Position numbers and translations under genes: made by a program. This document shows, piece by piece, positions 18,561 to 26,331 of a stretch of 64,000 bases of DNA. Within the stretch, counting starts at the first letter, position 1, and every line of letters begins with the position of its first letter. The notes under the pieces are model-generated. The model was not told the origin of the DNA, searched no databases, and was given only the letters and a program-made list of their open reading frames with translations. The stretch is from contig CACDII010000004.1 in assembly GCA_902552985.1 (NCBI GenBank), positions 2,540 through 66,539 of the forward strand. The letters run 5' to 3'. This DNA comes from an uncultured Pelagibacteraceae bacterium. Its GTDB lineage: Bacteria; Pseudomonadota; Alphaproteobacteria; Pelagibacterales; Pelagibacteraceae.

Positions 18561-19872
18561 CGACTAAATTTTCAATTTTTACAGATAATTCTTCACCTGT
18601 TTTAAGATTTCTTATTTTTGCTTGAGCTTTTTTAATTTCATCATCGCCATAAAAAATAACGCATGGAGATTCTATTTTATCTGCATATTCCATTTGTTTT
18701 TTTAACTTACCTTCTCCTGGATAAATCTCAGAACTTATATTAGATGATCTAAGTCTATTTAATATTTTGATATATTCTTTTATATTATTTTTATCAAATA
18801 CGCATATCACTACTGGTCGTTTAGATTTTATCTCAAAATCTTTTTTTTGCATCAAAGCAAAAACAAGTCTATCAAGTCCTATTGATATTCCAGTTGCGGG
18901 ACAATCTAAGTTTCCAAAATTACTCACTAAATTATCATACCTTCCGCCTCCTCCTATTGATCCAAATTGAATTGATTGTCCCTTTAAATTTTTCACATCA
19001 AAGTTCAAATTAACCTCAAAAATAGGTCCTGTGTAATATTCTAGACCTCGTATGACTGATGGATCAAATTTATAATTTTTAAAATTATAAGACTCAAATA
19101 TTTTTATAATTTCTAATACATCCTCACTGTTAGGGTTTTTATTTTTTAAGGCATTTTCAATTATTTTAACCTGATCCTTTTTAAGATTTGCTCCTTTCGT
19201 AAAATCTCCTGATTTATCTTCTCTACCTTTTTCAAGAAGTTTTTGTGCTTCACTCCAACCTAGTCTATCAATTTTATCAAGAGCTCTTAAAATAATTGAT
19301 ATTTGATCTTTGGATTTAATTTTTAATTGTTCGAATAACTTATCTGTAAACTTTCTAGAAGAAATTTTGACAATATAATCTGTTTTATTTAACCCACACT
19401 TTTCTAATATTTCAGAAATTAATACACATAGCTCAGCATCTGCTTGTAAATTTTTTGTTCCTACATAATCTGCGTCAAATTGTAGAAATTCTCTATATCT
19501 TCCCGGGCCAGGTTTTTCATTTCTCCAAACAGTTCCCAGTTGGTAACGTTTAAAAGGTTTTGGAATTTCATTAAAGTTTTTTGCAACATATCGAGCAAGA
19601 GGAGCAGTTAAATCATATCTAAGTGATAACCATTTTGTATCGTCTTTAAATGAAAAAACTCCCTCGCCAGGTCGATCTTTATCAGGTAAAAATTTACCGA
19701 TACTTTCTGTATACTCAAAACTTGGCGTTTCTAAATATTGAAAACCATACTTGATCATAACTTCTTTAATATTAGAAATTATAAAATCACGAATTAATAA
19801 TTCTTTTTCTTTTCTATCTTCAAAACCTGTAGGTAGTTCCTTTGAAGGTTTTATCTTTTTTTTTTTTACCAT
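18538..19872 (-). CDS. hisS: histidine--tRNA ligase (start ATG 19872; ORF-track extension runs through tRNA-His)
   Basis: LRYDLTAPLAR, WRNEKPGPGRYREFLQFDAD, RGLEYYTG, GGGGRYD, GISIGLDR. Confidence 0.96.
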   Translation of the reverse strand: MVKKKKIKPSKELPTGFEDRKEKELLIRDFIISNIKEVMIKYGFQYLETPSFEYTESIGKFLPDKDRPGEGVFSFKDDTKWLSLRYDLTAPLARYVAKNFNEIPKPFKRYQLGTVWRNEKPGPGRYREFLQFDADYVGTKNLQADAELCVLISEILEKCGLNKTDYIVKISSRKFTDKLFEQLKIKSKDQISIILRALDKIDRLGWSEAQKLLEKGREDKSGDFTKGANLKKDQVKIIENALKNKNPNSEDVLEIIKIFESYNFKNYKFDPSVIRGLEYYTGPIFEVNLNFDVKNLKGQSIQFGSIGGGGRYDNLVSNFGNLDCPATGISIGLDRLVFALMQKKDFEIKSKRPVVICVFDKNNIKEYIKILNRLRSSNISSEIYPGEGKLKKQMEYADKIESPCVIFYGDDEIKKAQAKIRNLKTGEELSVKIENLVDEIKKFI

Positions 19873-19877
19873 TTTTT

Positions 19878-19954
19878 TGGTACACGGGGACAGATTCGAA
19901 CTGTCGACCTTCGGTTCCACAAACCGCTGCTCTAACCAACTGAGCTACCCGTGC
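19878..19954 (-). tRNA. tRNA-His(GUG), no encoded G-1, G1.U72, A73, CCA encoded
   Basis: Cloverleaf GCACGGG-TA-GCTC..GAGC-A-GCGGT-TTGTGGA-ACCGA-AGGTC-GACAG-TTCGAAT-CTGTC-CCCGTGT-ACCA. Confidence 0.95.
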
Positions 19955-20005
19955 TCCTTTCCTTGTTTTATACTAATTGTTGATAATTTTAAATTTATAA
20001 AATGA

Positions 20006-20080
20006 TTAAATTGCTAGCGCGCAGCCAGCATGAGAATGGTGTCTGTGTAAATTTCCTGAAGATTTAACTTTTTTAATCAT
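20006..20080 (-). CDS. putative histidine leader peptide MIKKVKSSGNLHRHHSHAGCALAI (24 aa)
   Basis: ATG 20080 to TAA 20006; codons CAC AGA CAC CAT TCT CAT give 4 His in 6 codons; directly upstream of tRNA-His-hisS-hisZ-hisG on the same strand. Confidence 0.65.
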   Translation of the reverse strand: MIKKVKSSGNLHRHHSHAGCALAI

Positions 20081-20086
20081 GAAAGT

Positions 20087-20114
20087 TAAATAACACTTAT
20101 TTTTATAAATGCAA
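20087..20114 (-). promoter_or_regulatory. putative promoter giving a leaderless transcript of the His-rich ORF
   Basis: TTGCAT-16 bp-TATTTA with a TGn extended -10; 6 nt between the -10 and the ATG. Confidence 0.45.
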
Positions 20115-20119
20115 GTAAG

Positions 20120-20168
20120 TTGTATAGGAATACAAAAGCTTTTTTTTGCTTTTAAAATCCCTATACAA
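20120..20168 (-). terminator. long hairpin after the cold-shock gene (probable terminator or 3' stabilizer)
   Basis: UUGUAUAGG/CCUAUACAA and AAAAGC/GCUUUU stems with an A8 loop, 17 nt after the csp stop. Confidence 0.65.
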
Positions 20169-20185
20169 TTTTATGTGAATTAGAA

Positions 20186-20395
20186 TTAAGAGGTTTTTTG
20201 CAGTTTTACTGCTGAAGGACCTTTTTCTCCGTCTTCAATTTCAAATGTAAGTTCATCACCTTCATTCAAGAATCTTAAACCAGCTTCTCTAACAGCCGAT
20301 GCGTGAACAAATACATCTTTTTCTTTGTCTTCTCGTTCAATAAAGCCATAACCTTTTTTGCCATTGAACCATTTTACTTTACCTTTTAGACTCAT
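20186..20395 (-). CDS. cold-shock domain RNA-binding protein (CspA family)
   Basis: GKVKWFN, KGYGFI (RNP1), DVFVH (RNP2), KGPSA. Confidence 0.95.
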   Translation of the reverse strand: MSLKGKVKWFNGKKGYGFIEREDKEKDVFVHASAVREAGLRFLNEGDELTFEIEDGEKGPSAVKLQKTS

Positions 20396-20505
20396 TTTAC
20401 TCTTTCTTTTATTGTTATTAACTTAAGCTAAATTTAGCTTGCTGACTTGTTATTAGATTTTAAAATTTAATGCAAGCAATAAGATCTATGTCTATCGAAA
20501 TTAAG

Positions 20506-20580
20506 TGGTGGCCTTGGTAAGAATCGCACTTACGACACATACCTTTTCAGGGTACTGCTCTACTACTGAGCTACAAGGCC
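20506..20580 (-). tRNA. tRNA-Phe(GAA) with atypical D- and T-loops
   Basis: GGCCTTG-TA-GCTC-AGTAGTA-GAGC-A-GTACC-CTGAAAA-GGTAT-GTGTC-GTAAG-TGCGATT-CTTAC-CAAGGCC-ACCA; all stems pair. Confidence 0.9.
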
Positions 20581-20582
20581 AA

Positions 20583-20798
20583 TTAAAATCTAAAAATAAT
20601 TCTTCCTTTAGTTAGATCGTAAGGTGTAACTTCAACTGTAACATTATCTCCTTGTAATACACGAATTCTATTTTTTCTTAATTTGCCAGCAGTGTGTGCA
20701 GTTATAATATGATTATTCTCTAATTGTACACGAAACATGGCATTGGGAAGAAGATCGATTACCTTCCCTTTAAATTCAAGTGTATCCTGTTTTGCCAA
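20583..20798 (-). CDS. infA: translation initiation factor IF-1 (TTG start)
   Basis: [27 protein letters not shown]. Confidence 0.97.
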   Translation of the reverse strand: MAKQDTLEFKGKVIDLLPNAMFRVQLENNHIITAHTAGKLRKNRIRVLQGDNVTVEVTPYDLTKGRIIFRF

Positions 20799-20800
20799 AT

Positions 20801-22075
20801 CTAACCTCTTTTTATTCTAGATTTAATACTTTGAGCATGACCATATAATTGTTCAAACTCGGAAAGAGTTATAGCTGGATTCGCAATTTTTTCTACCCCT
20901 AATTTGCTAAGAGTTACAACAGAAATTTTTTTAATAAATTCATTTATGTTTAATCCAGAACTAAATTTAGCTGATCCAGAAGTAGGAAGTACATGATTTG
21001 TACCTACGGTAAAATCACTAACACACATCGGCGAATACTTGCCATTACATATACTTCCAGCATTAGTTATTTTTTTTGAATATTTTTTATAATTTTTTAC
21101 TAAAAGTTCTAAATGTTCAGGGCTTATAGTATTTATTACTTCAATTATTTGTTTATCATTTTTCACTTTAACTATAAGTCCATGTCGCCTTAACGAGGTA
21201 TTAGCAATTTTTTTTCTCGGCAAATTTTTGATTAATTCTAAAATTCTCTTATTAACTTTACTAATTAAATTTTTATCTTTTGTTACCAATATACATTGAC
21301 TGTCAGGATCGTGTTCTGCTTGAGAAATAAGAGAAGTTGCTACCTGATCAATATCTGAGCTTCTATCAGCTAAAACACATATTTCAGATGGACCAGCGAA
21401 CATTGACTCGGTACCAATAACTTTTCCAGCTAATTGTCTTTTTGCTTCCGCAACAAATTTATTACCTGGACCAACTACTTTATTTACTTTTTGAATATAA
21501 GCTAAGCTTGCTATTGCTTGCGCACCTCCAAAAGAATAAATTTCTTTAATACCAACTTTTTTTGCAGCATAAAGTACTGCAGGATTTAAGTGACCATTAA
21601 TTTTAGGTGTAGCTAAAACTAACCTTTTAACCTTAGCTAATTTTGCTGGGACCGAATTCATTAATAACGTAGATGGAAGATTTCCAGGAACATATATTCC
21701 AACTGCCTCAATTGGAATATTTTTATATTCCAATTTATTTTTGAAACTGTCTTTATAAATTATATTTTTTAAATATTTTAATTGTTTAGAATGAAATTTT
21801 AAAATTCTGTAATATGCAAAATCAATAGCTTTTTTAACTTTTGGATCTAATTTTTTAATTGTATTTTTGATTTGAGTTTTGGATGGTTTAATATTTTTAT
21901 TTTTACTAAACCTTTTTTCAAATTTCAACAAAGCTTTTACCTTATTTTTTTTTACATCATTAATAATATTAGAAACAAATTTCGCATTAAACTTTTCCTC
22001 TTTTCTTCGCTTTTCTAAAAAAAATTCTATTTTTGTTATGTAATTTTTATTATTACAACTAATTATTTTAATCAT
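20801..22075 (-). CDS. hisD: histidinol dehydrogenase
   Basis: [43 protein letters not shown]. Confidence 0.95.
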   Translation of the reverse strand: MIKIISCNNKNYITKIEFFLEKRRKEEKFNAKFVSNIINDVKKNKVKALLKFEKRFSKNKNIKPSKTQIKNTIKKLDPKVKKAIDFAYYRILKFHSKQLKYLKNIIYKDSFKNKLEYKNIPIEAVGIYVPGNLPSTLLMNSVPAKLAKVKRLVLATPKINGHLNPAVLYAAKKVGIKEIYSFGGAQAIASLAYIQKVNKVVGPGNKFVAEAKRQLAGKVIGTESMFAGPSEICVLADRSSDIDQVATSLISQAEHDPDSQCILVTKDKNLISKVNKRILELIKNLPRKKIANTSLRRHGLIVKVKNDKQIIEVINTISPEHLELLVKNYKKYSKKITNAGSICNGKYSPMCVSDFTVGTNHVLPTSGSAKFSSGLNINEFIKKISVVTLSKLGVEKIANPAITLSEFEQLYGHAQSIKSRIKRG

Positions 22076-22467
22076 TATTGCCTTTGATCTTCCAAGTTTA
22101 TTTCAATAACTTCTGTTGATAATGATATATATGTATTTTTTTCAGAAAAAGCTAAAATAATTTCAAATCTATCGTTCTTCTTTAAGCAGTCTATAGTTAG
22201 TAATTTTAGTGTTTTTTCGTGATTTTTTTGATCAATATTCTTAGCTTTAACTTCATCAATATAATCAAATTTTAAAATACTGTTAATCAATTTGTCTTTT
22301 TTTTCAGTTTCTTTTTTAAATCTAGTTATAGAAATTAAAAAAATTTTATTTTGTTTAAGATATTTTATATTTGAAATTCTTACATCTGACTCGGAACAAT
22401 AGGCTGAAATTAAACTTAAACCCTGTTGATCTCTGGCTATTAACTTAGAAAAATATTTTTTATCCAT
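22075..22467 (-). CDS. DUF2948-like protein
   Basis: LIARD..L..ISA..., RF..E pattern; the murA-X-hisD slot is typical of alphaproteobacterial DUF2948. Confidence 0.7.
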   Translation of the reverse strand: MDKKYFSKLIARDQQGLSLISAYCSESDVRISNIKYLKQNKIFLISITRFKKETEKKDKLINSILKFDYIDEVKAKNIDQKNHEKTLKLLTIDCLKKNDRFEIILAFSEKNTYISLSTEVIEINLEDQRQ

Positions 22468-23729
22468 TAGGACACTCTTTTAATTCTTACACCAACATTT
22501 CTAAGTTTTTTATCAAAGTCCTCATAACCTCTTAAACAATGATAAATACGATTAATTATAGTTTTTCCCTTTGAAGCAACTCCCGCAAGAACAAGTGCTG
22601 CAGAAGCTCTTAAATCACTGGACATTAATTCGGCTGCTTCAAATTTTGTGTTACCTTCTATAATAGCTCTATTATTTTTTATTATTATTTTTGCACCTAG
22701 TCTTCTTAGCTCTGCTATATGCATAAATCTATTTTCAAATATATTTTCATAAATTACAGATCTACCATTAGCTTTGCATAGCAATACCATGAATTGAGCT
22801 TGTAAATCTGTTGGAAATTTTGGGTATTCGCCAGTTATTAAATTTTTAATATTAATAATTTTTTTTGGACCTTGAATAATAATTTCATTGCTAAAAGTTT
22901 TAATTTTAGCTCCAACTTTTTTTAATAAGTTGATTTCGGTCTGAATTAACTTTGGATTAAAATTTTTTACTTTTAAATTTCCTTCAGTAAGTGCTGCGGC
23001 AATTAAAAAAGTTCCAGTCTCAATTCTATCACTCATTACAGAATAACTAATACTATTTAAAGATTTTACCCCTTCAATTTGTAATGATCTTTTACCTAAC
23101 CACTTCATTTTAGCACCTCCTGCGACTAGAAAATTAACCAGATCCTTAACTTCGGGTTCTATTGCAATATTTTTCAGTAAAGTTTTGCCTTTCGATAACG
23201 CAGAAGCAATAATTGCCTGCTCAGATGCGCCAACGGAAATTTTTTTAAAGTTTATGTTTGCGCCATGTAAGTTATTTTTTGCTTTGGCGTAAATATATCC
23301 CTTGCTTATTTTATAACTCATGCCAAGTCTTCTTAAAGAATTTAAATGATAATTAACTGGTCTTGATCCAATCAAGCAACCACCTGGAAGACTGACCTTA
23401 GCCTTATAACTTTTTGCAATTAATGGGCCTAGCACTAATATCCCTGCTCTCATAGTTTTTACTAACGAATAAGAAGCAAAAGTTTTATTTCTTTTTTTAT
23501 TGTAAATTTTAACGGAATTTTTTTTTTTGGAAATTACAACTTTTGAACCTAAAGATCTTAGTAAATTAAGCATAGTTTCAATATCTTTAACTCGTGGCAA
23601 ATTTTTTATTTCCACATATTTATCAAATAAAATAGTGCTCGCTAAAATGGGTAATGCACTATTTTTACTACCTGAAATATTAACAGTTCCTTTAACTTTG
23701 CAAGGACCTTCTATCAAAAATTTTTTCAT
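22467..23729 (-). CDS. murA: UDP-N-acetylglucosamine 1-carboxyvinyltransferase
   Basis: SGSKNSALP, LPGGC.IG.RP, FPTDLQAQ, FENRFMH, DLRA. Confidence 0.97.
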   Translation of the reverse strand: MKKFLIEGPCKVKGTVNISGSKNSALPILASTILFDKYVEIKNLPRVKDIETMLNLLRSLGSKVVISKKKNSVKIYNKKRNKTFASYSLVKTMRAGILVLGPLIAKSYKAKVSLPGGCLIGSRPVNYHLNSLRRLGMSYKISKGYIYAKAKNNLHGANINFKKISVGASEQAIIASALSKGKTLLKNIAIEPEVKDLVNFLVAGGAKMKWLGKRSLQIEGVKSLNSISYSVMSDRIETGTFLIAAALTEGNLKVKNFNPKLIQTEINLLKKVGAKIKTFSNEIIIQGPKKIINIKNLITGEYPKFPTDLQAQFMVLLCKANGRSVIYENIFENRFMHIAELRRLGAKIIIKNNRAIIEGNTKFEAAELMSSDLRASAALVLAGVASKGKTIINRIYHCLRGYEDFDKKLRNVGVRIKRVS

Positions 23730-23733
23730 AAAT

Positions 23734-24285
23734 TTACTTTGATTTAGCGAGTGTTATACCGCGCTGATCTTGATATTTTCGAGAACCTTCAGCATAAGAA
23801 ATTTCAGGTTCTTCTCCCTCAAAAAAAAGTATTTGGGCTGCACCAGAATTTGCATAAAGTCTTATTGGTAAGTTAGTATGGTTAGCAAACTCCATTACTA
23901 AATTTCCGCACCAACCTCCTTCAAGAACACTAGAGGGTGTTCCAAGTCCTGTTCTAGCATATGTGCTTTTTGCAGTGACTAAACCAGTTATACGTCTAGG
24001 CATTTTAAAATATTCTATACTAGCCGCTAAGGCAAAAGAATTTGGTGGAATTAATACCGACTCCTCACCTTTTACAGTTATAAAACTATCTTCAGTAAAA
24101 TTTTTTGGATCGCAAACCGCGCCCTTTGCATTACTAAAAATTTTAAACTCATCTCCACAACGAATATCATAACCAAAAGTTCCAAGTCCATGACTTATAC
24201 CTTTGTGAACTAACTTATCTACAAAAGGATCAATCATATCTTCTTCTTTAACTATTTTTTTTATTTGTTTGTCGTTCAAAATCAT
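23734..24285 (-). CDS. dcd: dCTP deaminase
   Basis: ISHGL.TFGYDIR, IPPNSFAL, KSTYAR.G, LEGGW.G, KYQDQRG. Confidence 0.92.
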   Translation of the reverse strand: MILNDKQIKKIVKEEDMIDPFVDKLVHKGISHGLGTFGYDIRCGDEFKIFSNAKGAVCDPKNFTEDSFITVKGEESVLIPPNSFALAASIEYFKMPRRITGLVTAKSTYARTGLGTPSSVLEGGWCGNLVMEFANHTNLPIRLYANSGAAQILFFEGEEPEISYAEGSRKYQDQRGITLAKSK

Positions 24286-24290
24286 CTTGA

Positions 24291-24404
24291 TTATTTGTTT
24301 CTTTTATCTTTTAATTTTTTTTGGAATTTTTTTCTTTTTTTTAAATTTTTTCTTAAGGCAAGTTCAAGCTTAGAAAGCTTAACTTTTTTTATATTAATAT
24401 TCAT
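24291..24404 (-). CDS. small basic protein MNINIKKVKLSKLELALRKNLKKRKKFQKKLKDKRNK (37 aa); not in ORF track
   Basis: Fills the gap exactly: ATGA overlap with the upstream ORF stop, ends 5 nt before the dcd ATG; L..ALR.NL..RK motif. Confidence 0.6.
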   Translation of the reverse strand: MNINIKKVKLSKLELALRKNLKKRKKFQKKLKDKRNK

Positions 24405-24604
24405 TTACCTTTATTTGGATTAGTTATGTCGTCAAGAGTAATGGGTTTTGTAACATCATTTGTATTTTCAGAATTTGTTTCTCTTTGAAAACCACTTTTA
24501 GCTATTTTTTTTGCTCTTTTCTCTGCAAGTTTTTTCTCTCTCTTAGCTTGCTTTTCCATTAGCTTAGCAGATTTTGTGCTTTTATAATCGTAATGAATTC
24601 CCAT
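24401..24604 (-). CDS. small basic hypothetical protein
   Basis: 67-aa ORF leading the dcd-murA operon; no antisense conflict. Confidence 0.65.
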   Translation of the reverse strand: MGIHYDYKSTKSAKLMEKQAKREKKLAEKRAKKIAKSGFQRETNSENTNDVTKPITLDDITNPNKGK

Positions 24605-24707
24605 AAAATTTTCTTTAGATAGATATAAATCATTATAATAAAAAAATTAAGGCAATAATTTGAAAAAAGTGGTTTAATACATTGGCCTATTTAAGACTAT
24701 AATTTCT

Positions 24708-24781
24708 GCCCCTATAGTTAAATGGCATAACACATCCATGGTAAGGATGAATTTCAAGTTCGATTCTTGGTAGGGGCACCA
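24708..24781 (+). tRNA. tRNA-Thr(GGU)
   Basis: GCCCCTA/TAGGGGC acceptor stem, CATCC-ATGGTAA-GGATG anticodon arm, TTCGATT T-loop, ACCA. Confidence 0.93.
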
Positions 24782-24784
24782 GAA

Positions 24785-25507
24785 TTATTTGTTGTAAAAT
24801 AACTTTCTTAAAAAAATTGTAATGATGACTAAAAAAATGAAGATAATTAAAGGCCAATAAATATTTGGCGAAGAAATTATATCCATTATTTTTGGTGGTT
24901 CTAAATTTTTTTGAATAATCGTTTCTAATCCACTTCCGATATAAACAATTAAAAAAGTTTGTGGTATAATTCCTATCATTGTTGCTAAGAAAAAATTTCT
25001 TACTTTAACGTTAAAAAGAGTCGGCAAAATACAACTAAGTTGCCAAGGAATCCCTCCTATAAATCTATAAATCAATAAATAGTTAAATTCTGATTTTTTA
25101 AATTTAACCTCTAAATTCTCAAATTTATTTAAGAATTTTTCTCTCACAAAATCTTTTAAAAAATAATTTCCAAAAATATATAAAAACGTTGCCCCAATAC
25201 TTAGACCGAGAACTACTAATATTAATCCTAACCATTTCCCTAAAATAAAACCCCCTAATAATGCAACTGGCGATCCAAATCCTAAAAATGGAAACACCCA
25301 CAAAACAGTAAATAGCAAAAAAAATAAAGATAATAAAAATAAGTTAGATTTCTTTAATTCTGATAAATAATCAATATTGTTTTTAATAAAATCATAAGAA
25401 GTTAGTTGTTGAAAACTAAATTTCGAAAATAAATAATATAGAAATATTGAAACCATGATTAAGTAAAATAAACCTATAAATAATTTAATTTTTTTAGATT
25501 TTTCCAT
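24785..25507 (-). CDS. TVP38/TMEM64 (VTT, DedA-superfamily) membrane protein
   Basis: Hydrophobic; GGFI.G.W.G..L..GATF.Y, YRFI..IP, ATMIGIIP pattern. Confidence 0.75.
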   Translation of the reverse strand: MEKSKKIKLFIGLFYLIMVSIFLYYLFSKFSFQQLTSYDFIKNNIDYLSELKKSNLFLLSLFFLLFTVLWVFPFLGFGSPVALLGGFILGKWLGLILVVLGLSIGATFLYIFGNYFLKDFVREKFLNKFENLEVKFKKSEFNYLLIYRFIGGIPWQLSCILPTLFNVKVRNFFLATMIGIIPQTFLIVYIGSGLETIIQKNLEPPKIMDIISSPNIYWPLIIFIFLVIITIFLRKLFYNK

Positions 25508-25538
25508 AAATTCTAATCGTAAATATAAAATCTTCTAT

Positions 25539-25567
25539 TTGCTATTTATATATATAATTAATATAAA
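25539..25567 (+). promoter_or_regulatory. putative sigma70 promoter of the rpmH operon
   Basis: TTGCTA-17 bp-TATAAA. Confidence 0.55.
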
Positions 25568-25600
25568 GAGCGAAATTTATTTAAAATTTGATCATATTTT

Positions 25601-25735
25601 ATGAAAAGAACATATCAACCAAGTAAACTAGTAAGAAAAAGAAGGCACGGATTCAGAAAAAAGATGAGAACCAGCAAAGGTCGAAAAACTTTAGCAAGAA
25701 GAAGAGCCAAAGGAAGAAGATCTTTAACTGTTTAG
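25601..25735 (+). CDS. rpmH: 50S ribosomal protein L34 (not in ORF track)
   Basis: [44 protein letters not shown]. Confidence 0.97.
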   Translation: MKRTYQPSKLVRKRRHGFRKKMRTSKGRKTLARRRAKGRRSLTV

Positions 25736-25739
25736 TCAA

Positions 25740-26081
25740 ATGAAGATTAAAATGGTTAGTCTTTCAAATAACGAAGAATTTAAAAGCATAATTAAGGGCA
25801 AAAGAATTAATAATAAATATTTTACTATTTTTTTTAAAAAACTGATTAATAAAAATAATAAATTTTTAAACATAAGCTTTGTTACAAAAAGAAAACTAGG
25901 TAATGCTGTGAAAAGAAATAGAATTAAAAGAAGATTAAGACACATTATGCATGATGCTATAAACAAAATTTCAATTAATCTTAACTACTCTTATTTAATT
26001 ATTGCAAAAAACACAGTTTTAAAAGATGAATATAATAGTGTAAAAAAAACTATGTTTGCAAATTTTGAAGGGATTAAATAA
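25740..26081 (+). CDS. rnpA: RNase P protein component (start may be ATG 25752)
   Basis: [19 protein letters not shown] motif; follows rpmH. Confidence 0.93.
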   Translation: MKIKMVSLSNNEEFKSIIKGKRINNKYFTIFFKKLINKNNKFLNISFVTKRKLGNAVKRNRIKRRLRHIMHDAINKISINLNYSYLIIAKNTVLKDEYNSVKKTMFANFEGIK

Positions 26082-26329
26082 TGAAAACTTTTACGAATAT
26101 ATTAATTAAGATCATCAAAGGATATAAATTTTTAATTAGCCCTTTGTTAGGAAATTCTTGTAGATATTTGCCTACTTGTTCAGATTACAGTATAGAAGCA
26201 CTGAAAACTTACGGTTTTTTTAAAGGTTCTTTTATTAGTTTAAAGAGAATACTTTCTTGTCATCCAATTAAATTCCTTGGTGGTGGGGAAGGATTTGATC
26301 CAGTTAAAAATTTTAAAATAAAAAAATAA
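26081..26329 (+). CDS. yidD: membrane protein insertion efficiency factor
   Basis: [27 protein letters not shown]. Confidence 0.93.
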   Translation: MKTFTNILIKIIKGYKFLISPLLGNSCRYLPTCSDYSIEALKTYGFFKGSFISLKRILSCHPIKFLGGGEGFDPVKNFKIKK

Positions 26330-26331
26330 TT

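Noticed and set aside
19873-19920. ORF-track N-terminal extension of hisS (MEPKVDSSNLSPCTKK)
   Set aside because: It is a reading of the tRNA-His gene; ATG 19872 is the plausible start.
19955-20080. T-box riboswitch interpretation of the His leader
   Set aside because: No T-box consensus or long stem I; the UGGC present cannot pair with the ACCA end of this tRNA-His.
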